Source: an uncultured Rhodopirellula sp.
GTDB lineage: Bacteria; Planctomycetota; Planctomycetia; Pirellulales; Pirellulaceae
Length of the DNA stretch: 32,559 nt
Reading direction: 5' to 3'
Assembly: GCA_964007735.1 (NCBI GenBank)
Contig: CAXGAI010000049.1
Coordinates: 1-32,559 of the forward strand
Shown here: positions 17,955 through 28,948 of the stretch, piece by piece
Layout of the letters: every line of letters begins with the position of its first letter
Position numbering within the stretch: the stretch's first letter is position 1
The notes under the pieces: model-generated
Told to the model about the DNA's origin: nothing
Seen by the model: the letters and a program-made list of their open reading frames with translations, nothing else
Databases searched by the model: none
Made by a program: the position numbers and the translations under genes

Positions 17955-20900
17955 TTACTCCAACGAGCTATTAACAGCTACATATAGTTGAACATCAGCC
18001 TCAGCAATGTTTCGCGCAACACACTCGGCGTTCAGGCTTCCAATTACAAGGTTATCAGCGAGAGTTTCTGCGGCAACAACATCTCCATGCTGTGCCAACG
18101 TTTCTTTAAGGACCAACGAGTCGGTCTCGAGCGCCACGCTGATACGATCGGTAAAATCACAATCCAATTCCTTACGGCGGTCTTGAATCATGCGAATTAA
18201 GTCGCGTGCATACCCTTCACGTATTAACTCCTCGGTTAGCTCCGTGTTCAGAACGACCACTGAATTTTTACCCTGAGCAGCTGCCCAGCCGTCTTTCGCC
18301 TGCAAACGAACCTGAATATCCTCATTATCCAATATGACAGGCTCTCCCCCTACCTCAATCGTTACGACACCATCCGCATCGAACTGAGCCAGAAGTTCTG
18401 CGCCGTTGGCTTCCGCTAAAACCGCCTTCACCTGAGGGATCAACTTTCCAACTCTTGGCCCCAAGCGCTTAAAATTAGGCTGAATCAGATAATCGATATA
18501 CTGATCTGCCTCGGTGACATACTCAATCTGCTTCACATTGAGCTCCTCCCGCAACAAAGCGTCATGGGATTCCAACCACGGTTTATACGTTTCATCACCG
18601 AGCACCACTTCGACCTTTTGCAGAGGCTGACGAACTTTTAGCTTCTCGTTCATTCGTGCGCTACGCCCAAGACTGGCGATTTCCCGCAATGTTGCCATTC
18701 GAACCGATAACTCCTCGTCCTTCAGCTTATTCACCACTGCAGGATAATTGCAAAGATGAACACTTTCAGGAACCCGCTCGCCGAAAACACCGGCCAACGT
18801 TTGCCACATATAATCGCTGAGAAAGGGCACGAAGGGGGCAATTGCCTTGGCGAGCGTGACAAGACATTCGTAGAGCGTCCAGTAAGCGTCCAGTTTTTCG
18901 GCGTTCTGTTTTTCTGCAGCCCAAAAACGATCGCGACTGCGACGCACATACCAATTGCTCAACGCATCTACAAATTCATTTAATGCCAGAGCAGCCCCAT
19001 AGTTATCGTAATGATCCATTCGACTTACAACATCTTCAATCGTCCGATGCAATTCGCTGAGCACCCAACGGTCGAGTTCACCACGCTCTGCAACCTCCCG
19101 ATAACTCGAGGCGGTCGCAAGGTCATCCGCCGATAATTCGCCGGCGTCTCCGGAAAGCAGTTCTTCGGGTGCAAACCCGTCAATATTCGCGTAGATCGTG
19201 AAGAAGCTAAATACATTCCAAAGGCGCAGTAAAAATTCCGGAATGCTTTCCTTAATCGACTGCTCTTTATACCGAATAGGGGTCCAGGGGGCTTGGTTCG
19301 CAAAGAAATACCAGCGTAGGGCATCAGCTCCGTATTTATCGAATATCTCATTCGGTTCACGGTAATTTCGCTTGCTCTTTGACATCTTTCGCCCGTCTTC
19401 GCCGAGCATCAAGCCGAGCACGATACAGTTACGATAAGGATGGGGGTATTCCGCACCCGCCTCCTGCTCGGCGCCATGTTCCCCAAAAAGCATCGTACTA
19501 ATTGCTAACTGACTGTAAAACCAGCCTCGGGTCTGATCGAGGGCTTCACTTATAAAGTCCGCCGGAAACTGCTGTTTGAATTGCTCTGCATGACTGTGTG
19601 GATAACCCCACTGTGCGAAAGGCATCGCGCCGGAGTCATACCAGCAGTCGATAACTTCCGAGACCCGTTCCATACGCCCGGCTTCAGCGAATGGTGAGGC
19701 GTAGGTAAGAGCATCGATGTAAGGCTTGTGCACTTTAAGGTGGTCCGATAGTTCGGGGTTCTCAGCCTTAGCCTTTTCCCAAACCTGTACCCCGTCCAAC
19801 CCGGCTTTATCCAGCAATTCCTGATAGGAGCCAATCGCCTCCATTCTCCCCGTCTCACTGCACACCCAAACGGGCAATGGCGTACCCCAAAAACGCTCTC
19901 GTGAAAGCGCCCAGTCGACGTTGGAATCCAGGAAGTTGCCAAAGCGACCATCCTTAATGTGACCAGGAAGCCAGTTGATTTGCTGATTATTGGCCAGCAT
20001 ATCCTCACGAAACTCGGTCGTACGAATAAACCAACTTTCCCGGGGATATTGAATTAGCGGATCATCATCCGCACGCCAGCAAAAAGGGTAATCATGCAAA
20101 TACTGATCAAGCAAAACCAGTCGACCTCGCTCTCTAAGTTCCCGACTAATATCCTTGTCCGCTTCTTTGACCCACCGACCTGCATAAGGCCCGGCAACCT
20201 CTGTAAACTTGCCATCGGGACCAACCGCGCAAATTAATTGAGGCCCCTCTCCTTCTTGAAACCGCTCCTGTTCAGCAACCAGAACATCGTAGTCTGCTTC
20301 ACCAAAGGCCGGTGCCATATGGACCAAGCCTGTCCCGCTGTCTGTTGTTACGAAATCAGCAGCAACCACTCGCCATTGATGCACCTGCTTTCCACCTTTT
20401 ATAAGTTCCCCGGCATTATCGCCCAGATTTTTATAAAAGTAATCAAATGGCGGATCGTATCTGAGCCCCAGTAGCTCCCTTCCTGAACACGTCGACTCGA
20501 CCGTTAATTCACGCTTGAACTGTGCTGCAAGCTTTTCAACGAGACTTTCCGCCACGATCAGAACCCGGCCTGTTTCACCATCACGAACACGCGCATAGGT
20601 CAAATCAACGTGAACGGCGGCAAATTGGTTACTGGGCAAGGTCCAGGGAGTTGTGGTCCAAATCAGTAACGATTCCTCCTGTTGGTCGCACAGGGGAAAT
20701 TCGACAAACACACTCGGATCTGCGACCTCACGATACCCCTGTCCCACTTCACCAGCACTCAAGGCAGTTCCGCCCTGTGCCCACCACCAAACAATCTTAT
20801 GCCCACGGTACAGCAGGCCACGATCAAACAGATTTTTAAGCGACCACCAAACACTTTCTACATAGGACTGGTGATAGGTAACGTAAGCCTCATCAAGATT

Positions 20901-21326
20901 AGCCCAAAATCCTAATCGTTCCGTGAGAGCTTCCCATTCCTGCATGTAACGCCAGACACTTTCCTGGCAACGATGAATAAAGGGCTCAACACCATACTCC
21001 TCGATTTCCTCTTTTGAATGAATTCCTAATTCTTTACAAACTTCCACTTCCACGGGAAGTCCGTGAGTATCCCATCCCGCTTTTCGCTCACAAAGAAAAC
21101 CCTGCATCGTCTTATAACGGGGGAAGAGGTCCTTGATAGACCGAGTCAAACAGTGTCCAGGGTGTGGCATTCCATTCGCCGTCGGGGGACCTTCATAGAA
21201 CACAAAACGTTCAGCGTCTTTTCGATTTTGCAGCGACTTCTCATAGACATCGCCCTCTTTCCAGCGTGACAGCACTTTGCCTTCGAGTGCCGGGAAACTG
21301 GGATTATTTGGTAATGGTTCGAACAT
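17955..21326 (-). CDS. ileS: Isoleucine--tRNA ligase, type 2 (IleRS2)
   Basis: Motifs [14 protein letters not shown] (HIGH), [43 protein letters not shown]; type-2-like C-terminus ([20 protein letters not shown]) without the type-1 Zn finger. Confidence 0.97.
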   Translation of the reverse strand: MFEPLPNNPSFPALEGKVLSRWKEGDVYEKSLQNRKDAERFVFYEGPPTANGMPHPGHCLTRSIKDLFPRYKTMQGFLCERKAGWDTHGLPVEVEVCKELGIHSKEEIEEYGVEPFIHRCQESVWRYMQEWEALTERLGFWANLDEAYVTYHQSYVESVWWSLKNLFDRGLLYRGHKIVWWWAQGGTALSAGEVGQGYREVADPSVFVEFPLCDQQEESLLIWTTTPWTLPSNQFAAVHVDLTYARVRDGETGRVLIVAESLVEKLAAQFKRELTVESTCSGRELLGLRYDPPFDYFYKNLGDNAGELIKGGKQVHQWRVVAADFVTTDSGTGLVHMAPAFGEADYDVLVAEQERFQEGEGPQLICAVGPDGKFTEVAGPYAGRWVKEADKDISRELRERGRLVLLDQYLHDYPFCWRADDDPLIQYPRESWFIRTTEFREDMLANNQQINWLPGHIKDGRFGNFLDSNVDWALSRERFWGTPLPVWVCSETGRMEAIGSYQELLDKAGLDGVQVWEKAKAENPELSDHLKVHKPYIDALTYASPFAEAGRMERVSEVIDCWYDSGAMPFAQWGYPHSHAEQFKQQFPADFISEALDQTRGWFYSQLAISTMLFGEHGAEQEAGAEYPHPYRNCIVLGLMLGEDGRKMSKSKRNYREPNEIFDKYGADALRWYFFANQAPWTPIRYKEQSIKESIPEFLLRLWNVFSFFTIYANIDGFAPEELLSGDAGELSADDLATASSYREVAERGELDRWVLSELHRTIEDVVSRMDHYDNYGAALALNEFVDALSNWYVRRSRDRFWAAEKQNAEKLDAYWTLYECLVTLAKAIAPFVPFLSDYMWQTLAGVFGERVPESVHLCNYPAVVNKLKDEELSVRMATLREIASLGRSARMNEKLKVRQPLQKVEVVLGDETYKPWLESHDALLREELNVKQIEYVTEADQYIDYLIQPNFKRLGPRVGKLIPQVKAVLAEANGAELLAQFDADGVVTIEVGGEPVILDNEDIQVRLQAKDGWAAAQGKNSVVVLNTELTEELIREGYARDLIRMIQDRRKELDCDFTDRISVALETDSLVLKETLAQHGDVVAAETLADNLVIGSLNAECVARNIAEADVQLYVAVNSSLE

Positions 21327-21388
21327 AGTATGGAGAAATCGTCACGAAGGGAGGTGTCTATTGTTAACCGACAAAGCAATCGATGTAT

Positions 21389-21754
21389 TTACTTGTCTGC
21401 CTCATCATCACCATCTCCGGATTTTTTGCCCGCCTTCTTCTCCTCAGCAGCCTTCTGCTCCTCGGCAGCCTTCTTCTCCTCGGCTTCCTTCTTCTTTTCT
21501 GCCGGATCTACAAAAACAAAGTCGTTCTCGAATTCCTCTACGACATCATATTCGTCCTCCGCTTCTTCTTCGAAGTCATCATCGAACTCATCGTCAAAGT
21601 CTTCCTCATCAAAGTCCTCGAAGTCGAGGTCTTCATCTTCAGCGCGTTCACCTTCACGCTGTGGTTGGCCTTCAAACGCCTCTGCCTCTAATGGAAATTG
21701 CTCTGTATGCAAATCTGATTCCTTGGTTTCCGGCATCGTTAATACGGTTGCCAT
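21389..21754 (-). CDS. Small, extremely acidic low-complexity protein
   Basis: GAGGAG RBS before the ATG; D/E/F-rich core, then EEKKAA repeats; co-oriented between argJ and ileS. Confidence 0.7.
   Translation of the reverse strand: MATVLTMPETKESDLHTEQFPLEAEAFEGQPQREGERAEDEDLDFEDFDEEDFDDEFDDDFEEEAEDEYDVVEEFENDFVFVDPAEKKKEAEEKKAAEEQKAAEEKKAGKKSGDGDDEADK
21432..21503. repeat. 18-bp tandem repeat (3 near-identical copies plus 1 degenerate) encoding AEEKKA
   Basis: GCCTTCTTCTCCTCAGCA / GCCTTCTGCTCCTCGGCA / GCCTTCTTCTCCTCGGCT / TCCTTCTTCTTTTCTGCC. Confidence 0.85.
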
Positions 21755-21900
21755 TAATAGCTCCTCAATGTCTCGTTTTTATTTCTAATTCTTCTACGGT
21801 TACTTACTAACCATCTGCTGGCAAATGCTCGACGCTGTCAATTTATCGCAGGATAGATTTTTCGACAACACTAGTATTCAAAATGTTCTCCAGGGCTACT

Positions 21901-23097
21901 TCAGGTGTGATAGTCCGAATTAAAGACCACATAAGCCGTCGTGAGGTCACTTGTCCAAATCCTCGCCTGTTCCGCGCCTTCGCTCAACTCAACTTCTATA
22001 AATATACATTCTGATTCCGCCATTAATTTACTAGCTTGAACGCCATCGAAAGGACACGGTTCGCCCGCTTCGAAAAGCAGCGTGCCGTTAAGACGCAACT
22101 TCAATCCCTGTACGTCGAAGGGGACTCCTGCATAGCCCGCTGCGGACGCTATACGACCCCAGTTAGGATCATTTCCTGCTATACAAGTTTTTACCAGATT
22201 ACTACTTCCTATTGTCTCAGCAACTCGTTTTGCGTCTGCCTTGGAGGCCGCTCCTTTAACGAGAATGTCTATTAAGTGTGTAGCGCCTTCGCCATCGGCG
22301 GGGATCTGCTTTGCTAATTGGATCAATGTCTGTTCAATTTTGTCCGAGACCTTGGCAAGATCATTCCCTGTCAGTGGTTCTGAGTTAGCTGCGCCGTTTG
22401 CCAAAAGCAAAACCGTATCATTGGTACTCGTATGACCTTCTACACTGATGCAATTAAAACTTTTATCTACTGCTCGCTTAAGAATTTGCTGGGCACTTTC
22501 CTGAGAAAGATTCGCATCCGTCGTCACAGCCGCCAACATGGTCGCCATATTAGGGCCGATCATCCCGGCACCCTTAGCCATCGCCGCGACCCGCACGATT
22601 CCCTGAGTTGTTTCAACGATACTCCCAGCCGTCTTTCTGCCTTGATCCGTTGTCAAAATTCCATTGGCTGAATCTACAAAGGCTTCTAAACCGACTGCCA
22701 AGCTACCCACACCCTCCACTGATGCTGCATTCAGCTTTTCCATCGGAAGAAATTCTCCGATAATACCAGTAGACATCACGAGGACCTGTTCTGCCTCGAT
22801 CCCAAGAAGTGCCGCCACATCCGATGCCATCTGCTCAGCATCCTTAACGCCCTGACTTCCCGTGCACGCATTCGCATTTCCGCTATTAGTAACAATGACT
22901 CTTGCACGACTTCCTGGAGTCCGAGCACGGCACAAATCAACCGGCGCTGCGCAAATTAAATTCTGGGTATAAACGCCCGCAACCACCGCGTCTCTGTCAC
23001 TCACGATCAACGAATAATCCGGACTGTTGGAATCGGATTTGAGACCACAATGATGTCCCGACCAACTGAACCCCAGAGGCAAACATTCTACCTTCAT
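21901..23097 (-). CDS. argJ: Glutamate N-acetyltransferase / ornithine acetyltransferase
   Basis: Motifs NSGNANA, STGIIG, TTD, KGAGMIGPNMATML (autocleavage Thr), STNDT, DGEGAT, DPNWGR, DYHT end. The likely start is the ATG at 23097 (MKVECLP). Confidence 0.96.
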   Translation of the reverse strand: MKVECLPLGFSWSGHHCGLKSDSNSPDYSLIVSDRDAVVAGVYTQNLICAAPVDLCRARTPGSRARVIVTNSGNANACTGSQGVKDAEQMASDVAALLGIEAEQVLVMSTGIIGEFLPMEKLNAASVEGVGSLAVGLEAFVDSANGILTTDQGRKTAGSIVETTQGIVRVAAMAKGAGMIGPNMATMLAAVTTDANLSQESAQQILKRAVDKSFNCISVEGHTSTNDTVLLLANGAANSEPLTGNDLAKVSDKIEQTLIQLAKQIPADGEGATHLIDILVKGAASKADAKRVAETIGSSNLVKTCIAGNDPNWGRIASAAGYAGVPFDVQGLKLRLNGTLLFEAGEPCPFDGVQASKLMAESECIFIEVELSEGAEQARIWTSDLTTAYVVFNSDYHT

Positions 23098-23110
23098 GCC
23101 ATTTTTGCCC

Positions 23111-24124
23111 TTAAAGAAGTGCTGTGGTTTCTTCGTAACCACACATCAGGTTGAAATTCTGGACCGCAGCACCCGAAGCGCCTTTGATAAGATTGTCGAT
23201 ACAACTTAACACAACGAGGCGATCACCGGACTGAGCCACATGCAGGTCGACGAAATTTGTATGACGCACGGCTCGTGTTTCCGGTGGATTTGAAGTGACC
23301 CTAATGAAAGGTTCATCTTTATAAGTCGTATGGAGCACATCGATTGCGTCAGCGACTGTGCTCCCTTTCGATGGCTGCAGATAACAGGTAGATAAGATCC
23401 CTCGGTTCATGGGAACTAAATGAGGCGTGAAGATCACTTCGGCATTTTCCTCGCCCGACATCGTGACAAACTGCGAGATCTCCGGTGCATGCCTATGAGT
23501 CCCGACACCATAGGCCTTGATGCTTTCATTGCATTCCGGATAGTGAAATGGCAATTTAGGATTCCGCCCCGCCCCAGTCACGCCACTTTTCGAATCAATA
23601 ATAATTCCTGTCGACTCAATAATTCCATGCTTTACCAAAGGTGCCAACGGCAAAATCGCCGAGGTGGGATAACAACCAGGGTTGGCTATCAGCGACGAGC
23701 CCGTAATTTGTTCACGAAACAATTCAGGTAATCCATAGGGGACCTTGCCGATTCGGTCAGGGTCCGGATGTGTAACACCATACCATTGCTCGTAAACGGC
23801 GACATTATTGAGACGATAGTCCGCACTGAAGTCCACCACCTTAACGCCGTTATCCACAAGCGGTTTGACACATTCGGCCGAGGCGGCATGTGGTAAACAA
23901 CTAAAAGCAACGTCAACCTTCCCGACCAACATTTCCACGTCAAGCGGCTCGAGGTGCAGGTCCAAAGCTCCGCGAAGTTCAGAATGAACCTCACTAATGT
24001 GCGGCCTGCTTTCTTGTCTTGACGTCAAGGCCACGATTTCGACCTCTGGATGCCGCCTTAACAGCTTTAGTAGTTCTAAAGCTGTATAACCCGTCGCACC
24101 CAATACTGCGATTCGCGTAACCAT
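23111..24124 (-). CDS. argC: N-acetyl-gamma-glutamyl-phosphate reductase
   Basis: Motifs GATGY, DFSADYRL, YGLPE, ANPGCYPT, SGVTGAGR, HRH.PEI, DNLIKGASG. The likely start is the ATG at 24124. Confidence 0.96.
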   Translation of the reverse strand: MVTRIAVLGATGYTALELLKLLRRHPEVEIVALTSRQESRPHISEVHSELRGALDLHLEPLDVEMLVGKVDVAFSCLPHAASAECVKPLVDNGVKVVDFSADYRLNNVAVYEQWYGVTHPDPDRIGKVPYGLPELFREQITGSSLIANPGCYPTSAILPLAPLVKHGIIESTGIIIDSKSGVTGAGRNPKLPFHYPECNESIKAYGVGTHRHAPEISQFVTMSGEENAEVIFTPHLVPMNRGILSTCYLQPSKGSTVADAIDVLHTTYKDEPFIRVTSNPPETRAVRHTNFVDLHVAQSGDRLVVLSCIDNLIKGASGAAVQNFNLMCGYEETTALL

Positions 24125-24256
24125 GGTTTTATTTCCGTTAACTATGAAATTCAAGAAACCTCAAAAGCAGCCCGTCCAGAAAAGGACTTGTCGAGCATAC
24201 TGAGTTTTAATTACTTCAATCTGAATCAATAATTATAACTTTTACCGGCAGTTTGC

Positions 24257-24880
24257 TTAACGGGAGAAATCTGACATTAGTGCACTTAGCTCAGCAAGCA
24301 TCATAGCACTGGCACCCCAAATTTCCTGTCCCTTAACCTTAAAACAAGGGACCTCGCGATCGACGCCCGTTAATCGGCGAGTCGTGCGGCTTATGCAATC
24401 GACTCCCACCGCCTTTAAGGGGACCTCGACAACCCGTTCAATTTCAGCTTTATCAACTGTATATGAAGGCGGACGCGTCCCTATACCGACAATCGGCATT
24501 ACGAGGTTACGACTGCCAAAAACATACATGGGTGTCAATATCCCCACAATCTCAATCTGGGCTGCATTGATTCCTGTCTCCTCGGTGCATTCACGTATCG
24601 CGGCATCTTCCCAGCTTTCACCATCTTCCAAACCGCCCCCAGGAAATGCCATCTCACCCGCATGAAATTCCAAATCATCTCGACGTTTAACCATGGGAAT
24701 AGTTATTTCATCGTCACTCACATGCAGAAGAAGCATTACTGCGGCGCGACGAGCGTCACGTGGCGCCGGCCCTCTATGTCGCCCATAACTCATGGCTGGC
24801 TCGAGGATCATTTGTGCCCTATGGCCCGGCAACGGCTCATTAAAACGGTTGAGTAAATATCTTTTTAGTTCTTTCATCAT
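24257..24880 (-). CDS. Nudix hydrolase, CoA pyrophosphatase (NudL/PCD1-like)
   Basis: HAGEMAFPGG, Nudix box GESWEDAAIRECTEETG, IWGASA. Confidence 0.9.
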   Translation of the reverse strand: MMKELKRYLLNRFNEPLPGHRAQMILEPAMSYGRHRGPAPRDARRAAVMLLLHVSDDEITIPMVKRRDDLEFHAGEMAFPGGGLEDGESWEDAAIRECTEETGINAAQIEIVGILTPMYVFGSRNLVMPIVGIGTRPPSYTVDKAEIERVVEVPLKAVGVDCISRTTRRLTGVDREVPCFKVKGQEIWGASAMMLAELSALMSDFSR

Positions 24881-26508
24881 TGAGTACCGACGAATTTAAA
24901 CACCCCGTAATATGAGAAATTACCCTCGCGGGGAAACATTTTTATAAAACGAGGATCTTGGTCAAAACGGTGCCGCGTTTCTTCCGAAAACTGAGTGAGG
25001 ACTAAGTAGTCGGCGTCATACCGTACACAGTTTGCCGCTAATAAATCATTCCCAACTCTGCTTAAACTCCGCGAACCATCCACCAGCGGATACACCGCAT
25101 TCCGACGTTCATTCCAAATCATGAGCGAACTCGCGTCCTGAGGCATGTCTTTACGCGTGACAACCTCTCCACGACCCGAATACCATTTAAACGTTTGCTG
25201 ACGTAACGGAGTAATAGCAATTGCGTCTTTCGGAGAATTGTTCCTCATCCATAGGCAAGCCAACTGCCAATGGCGATGAATACGAAGAGTGTTCTCTTTT
25301 CGGGCCAGAGGATCCTTCTTCTTCGATTTTGGTAGCGTGAGTACATCACCTCGTGGTCGTGGATCCCAGTAGCGATCACCCAACGCGTCGGCTAGATAAA
25401 GACCAATGACGAGCAGCAGGATGCTGCCGCTAAGCCGCATGCCGCCATTGCTCTCACGACAAACTCCATACACAACCACGCACGCCATCCCACCGGTCGC
25501 CAAAGGCACAAGTACATCACTAGTACGGTAAAAATAAAAGCGAAGCAGACGATGTTGTAACGGTGAACCATTCCCTAGGCCAAAAGTAATCATGACGCCT
25601 GCCGCGGCAAATAATAGACTTATAACGGCCAGGTAAACCACTAGCTTATGGGAGGGTTGTCGCCATTGCGAGGAAAGCTTCCAACCAAATCCAAGTCCAA
25701 CAACCATGACGAGAAACATTAGGATTCGTTCCGTGGAAAAAGTCGTGACCACGAGGTGATGGGGTAACCTCACATGGACATAAAGATAATTGGCTTCTGC
25801 CGCTACGGTTGGATCCGAACTCGACAACAGCAGGCCCGGCACCACGCCCCCAAGCGAAAGGCAGCCCCCTAACGTCAAATATATTAGTTCCCCGAAAACG
25901 AGTTTCTGCTTCTTTATTACTAGTAAACCTATACGGACACTCAGCAGACACAATACGATCCAGCCACCAGCTAAAACGTGGAAGGCTGATGCTACTCCGC
26001 ACAGGAGCCAGGCCTGCGACCATTTAGATTCCAACGCCCTGTTGAGTCCCCAGAATGCCATGCCATAAGCAATAGTTTTGGCCTCAAATCCACCAATAAC
26101 CCACTCGCCCGCAAGATGGCATTTTTCAGTGAGGATGACAAACACCGTACCGAAGAACAGTCCTGTCAAAATACCTTTCGTCACCTTGCGACCAAGGGTC
26201 ACTAACGCCGAGCCAATCAAAATCCACGAAATTATCCTCCCAATCCATGCGACGACCGGAAGTTCAAATAATAGGGTTAGCCAGCCAAACACCCAATAAA
26301 AGCACAAATGCGCATCTGCTGACGATAAAAAGAAGTCCGTCGGGCAAAATCCAGAGTCCCAATAATGCTTAGCTTTAACAAGGTAATGAGCCTCGTTCAC
26401 ATCCGGGGGTGGATTGCCATGAGATAAGGCGAAGACCAACACCAACAACACTACTTCCGAAAAGTAGCCCAGTAAGTTGATCTGATACTTTTTTGTTTTG
26501 CCGCGCAA
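24877..26508 (-). CDS. Polytopic membrane protein (DUF6798-like, possible GT-C fold)
   Basis: Roughly 10-12 hydrophobic segments; PDVNEAHYL after the first TM; R.PHHL motif; soluble C-terminal domain. The family name is from recall and the start is uncertain. Confidence 0.7.
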   Translation of the reverse strand: MRGKTKKYQINLLGYFSEVVLLVLVFALSHGNPPPDVNEAHYLVKAKHYWDSGFCPTDFFLSSADAHLCFYWVFGWLTLLFELPVVAWIGRIISWILIGSALVTLGRKVTKGILTGLFFGTVFVILTEKCHLAGEWVIGGFEAKTIAYGMAFWGLNRALESKWSQAWLLCGVASAFHVLAGGWIVLCLLSVRIGLLVIKKQKLVFGELIYLTLGGCLSLGGVVPGLLLSSSDPTVAAEANYLYVHVRLPHHLVVTTFSTERILMFLVMVVGLGFGWKLSSQWRQPSHKLVVYLAVISLLFAAAGVMITFGLGNGSPLQHRLLRFYFYRTSDVLVPLATGGMACVVVYGVCRESNGGMRLSGSILLLVIGLYLADALGDRYWDPRPRGDVLTLPKSKKKDPLARKENTLRIHRHWQLACLWMRNNSPKDAIAITPLRQQTFKWYSGRGEVVTRKDMPQDASSLMIWNERRNAVYPLVDGSRSLSRVGNDLLAANCVRYDADYLVLTQFSEETRHRFDQDPRFIKMFPREGNFSYYGVFKFVGTQ

Positions 26509-26536
26509 GTTAAACTCTCAGGATGCACGAAGCCAG

Positions 26537-28048
26537 TTAGCCTTCAAGGGCTGAAATGGCCTTAAAATTGCCCTTAAGTGATTGATATAAATTTTGGTAA
26601 ACGGGAAAACGAGCGTCATATATCCGTTTTGTTTTCCTATCCACCGGCGTCGAACTTGTTTCCCGAATGGTAGCAGCACATGCCTGCTGTACATTCTTAT
26701 AGGCTCCTGCACCTACCGCGGCGAGTAAGGCCACACCGTAGGCAGGCCCCTGCTCCGCATTAATCGTGACAGCCTTCGTACCAAATACATCCGCCTGTAG
26801 TTGTCGCCACAGCTTACTTTTGGAACCGCCACCGGAAACACGTACCTGCTTTACTGGCACGTTCATTTCCCGAATAATTTCCAGACTGTCGCGCATTGAG
26901 TAAGTGACTCCTTCCATGATGGACCGCGCCAACTGCGAGCGTTGGTGAGCAAGAGTCAAACCCACGAAACAACCTCGCGCGTCAGGGTCGGCATGTGGTG
27001 TTCTCTCACCCGCCAAATACGGAAGGAAAAATAGTCCATCCGACCCGGGGTTGGCCTTGGTTGCTTCTCGGTTAAGGACGTCATAAACTTTATCACCAAC
27101 TTCCGAACATAAATTCTCAGCGAACCACTGCAAGGAGCCACCCGCACAAAGATTAACCCCCATCATATGCCATTTACCACGAACGGCATGACAAAACGTA
27201 TGTAATCGACCGGCAGGATCTACCTGAACTTCGTCACTATGAACGAACATTACGCCTGAGGTACCAATCGAGGTGGAAAGAACTCCGGACTTCACCACAC
27301 CTGTGCCCACGGCATTGGCGGCGCAATCACCGGCTCCCCCAACGACAACACAGTCCGTTGTCAACCCAAGTGTCTTGGCCACTTTCTTGGTCAGAGTACC
27401 TGTAACATCCTCCGACTCATAAACTTCACCAAGCAGCGAACTGTCTAGATCAAGTTTGCTTAACAGTTTCGTGGACCAGTCTCTCTTTTTAACATCCAAT
27501 AATAACATTCCACTGGCATCGCTGACTTCAGTGGCATACTCCCCTGTCAAACGGCGCCGCACATCATCTTTTGGCAAGAGAACTTTGTGCAAGCGAGCGT
27601 AATTCCGCGGCTCATGATTTCGCAGCCAGAGGATTTTGGGGGCCGTAAAACCAGTGAGTGCCGGATTAGCAACCATCTTAATCAAAGCCCGACGTCCACC
27701 GGCCCTACTTTCAATTTCGTCACATTCTTCAGCCGTACGCTGGTCATTCCACAATAACGCCGGGCGTATGACCTTATCCTCTTTGTCCAGAAACACACTG
27801 CCGTGCATCTGGCCGGAAAGACCAATCGCTTTTATGGATGCCGCAGATTTCCCTGATTTAGCGACCACACTTCGAATCGTTTTTACTGTGGCCTTCCACC
27901 AATCTTCTGGGTTCTGTTCGCACCAGAGCGGCCTCGGGTGAAACAATTTATACCGAGCGCTGTCTTCCGCCAGAATTTTTCCTCGCTCATTTATCAAAAT
28001 TGTTTTCGTACCCGAAGTACCAATATCGACGCCAAGAAAGTAACTCAT
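26537..28048 (-). CDS. xylB: Xylulokinase (FGGY kinase)
   Basis: Motifs [56 protein letters not shown]. Confidence 0.9.
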   Translation of the reverse strand: MSYFLGVDIGTSGTKTILINERGKILAEDSARYKLFHPRPLWCEQNPEDWWKATVKTIRSVVAKSGKSAASIKAIGLSGQMHGSVFLDKEDKVIRPALLWNDQRTAEECDEIESRAGGRRALIKMVANPALTGFTAPKILWLRNHEPRNYARLHKVLLPKDDVRRRLTGEYATEVSDASGMLLLDVKKRDWSTKLLSKLDLDSSLLGEVYESEDVTGTLTKKVAKTLGLTTDCVVVGGAGDCAANAVGTGVVKSGVLSTSIGTSGVMFVHSDEVQVDPAGRLHTFCHAVRGKWHMMGVNLCAGGSLQWFAENLCSEVGDKVYDVLNREATKANPGSDGLFFLPYLAGERTPHADPDARGCFVGLTLAHQRSQLARSIMEGVTYSMRDSLEIIREMNVPVKQVRVSGGGSKSKLWRQLQADVFGTKAVTINAEQGPAYGVALLAAVGAGAYKNVQQACAATIRETSSTPVDRKTKRIYDARFPVYQNLYQSLKGNFKAISALEG

Positions 28049-28191
28049 TCTGTCTCCATTATCCTGTGGGCTTTAGCCATTTACATACCCCCGCTATCCC
28101 TTGGCAGGTAATACAATAAAGTATTCTATTATTTCCCCTGCCTGCAACAAGGTCGGCCTCGTCGTTCAAATCTAATTTAACTTTTGGTATC

Positions 28192-28755
28192 ATGCTCAAA
28201 CGTTTCACTCTCGTACTTCTAATTATGGTGGTCTCTGAGTTACAGGCTGCTGAGCCGATCAAGCTTCCGGTTCCAGTCGAATGGCGAGTTGAAAACACCG
28301 CCTACCCGCCACCGTGGGCCGAATCACTACCATGGAAGGGAACCATCCAACTTCGTTTCCCGAAGTCTTTCTTCGATCCTGATAGCGACTATTTCTGGTC
28401 TTATCCCATTCTTTACCAACTCCGAGGCGATGTCATCACCAATGCCAACGAACTCAAACGGGCGTTGCTGGAATACGATGCCGGCCTTTATGGCAGCCAG
28501 TATCCTAAAGAAAAAATAAGAATCACTCTCCCAACTCGACCGGTCGACGGGAAATATCCATTGATTATCATTGACGGCTTTGACCCATTCACAACAAAAA
28601 AGCCGCTGCGCACGTGGATCGCCTACCACCGAAGGTACGAGAAAGAAACTGACACAACGACTATACTGCTTTTACGTAGTTCACAACCTTACGACCCCGA
28701 GAACCATGTCTGGAAAACACTTCGAACGAAGTTTCGAACTCAGGCCGGATTTTAG
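28192..28755 (+). CDS. Hypothetical secreted protein
   Basis: 187-aa ORF with a clear signal peptide (MLKRFTLVLLIMVVSELQA-AEP); divergent from xylB. Confidence 0.75.
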   Translation: MLKRFTLVLLIMVVSELQAAEPIKLPVPVEWRVENTAYPPPWAESLPWKGTIQLRFPKSFFDPDSDYFWSYPILYQLRGDVITNANELKRALLEYDAGLYGSQYPKEKIRITLPTRPVDGKYPLIIIDGFDPFTTKKPLRTWIAYHRRYEKETDTTTILLLRSSQPYDPENHVWKTLRTKFRTQAGF

Positions 28756-28943
28756 GCCTGCGGCATTTCTGCGACGCCCACCACTCGCCCCAGGGACCAA
28801 GTAGTCAGCTTACTCCCCATAAAGAATTCGCCAAGATGGTTTCCAAGAGAGTCTATTTTCTTTTGATGGAACAGATAGGGTGCCAGACTGCCATCATCTC
28901 TTCGTATCCAATACCACTGCATCGGCACAAGTTTTTCTTCCAT
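28752..28943 (-). CDS. Small hypothetical protein
   Basis: 63 aa; starts 5 bp after the lactonase stop on the same strand; protein-like composition (WYWIRRDDGSLAPYLFH); 4-bp convergent overlap with the neighbouring gene. Confidence 0.55.
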   Translation of the reverse strand: MEEKLVPMQWYWIRRDDGSLAPYLFHQKKIDSLGNHLGEFFMGSKLTTWSLGRVVGVAEMPQA

Positions 28944-28948
28944 GGGAA

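Noticed and set aside
21327..21388. T-box or attenuator leader for ileS
   Set aside because: Only 62 bp separate the upstream ORF from ileS, and no T-box consensus or terminator is visible.
21432..21503. Tandem repeats as a CRISPR array
   Set aside because: They are contiguous 18-bp in-frame coding repeats with no spacers.
21277..21810. Plus-strand ORFs of 177, 152 and 102 aa
   Set aside because: They are antisense shadows of the low-complexity acidic gene (poly-Ser/Phe or Leu), with no supporting signals.
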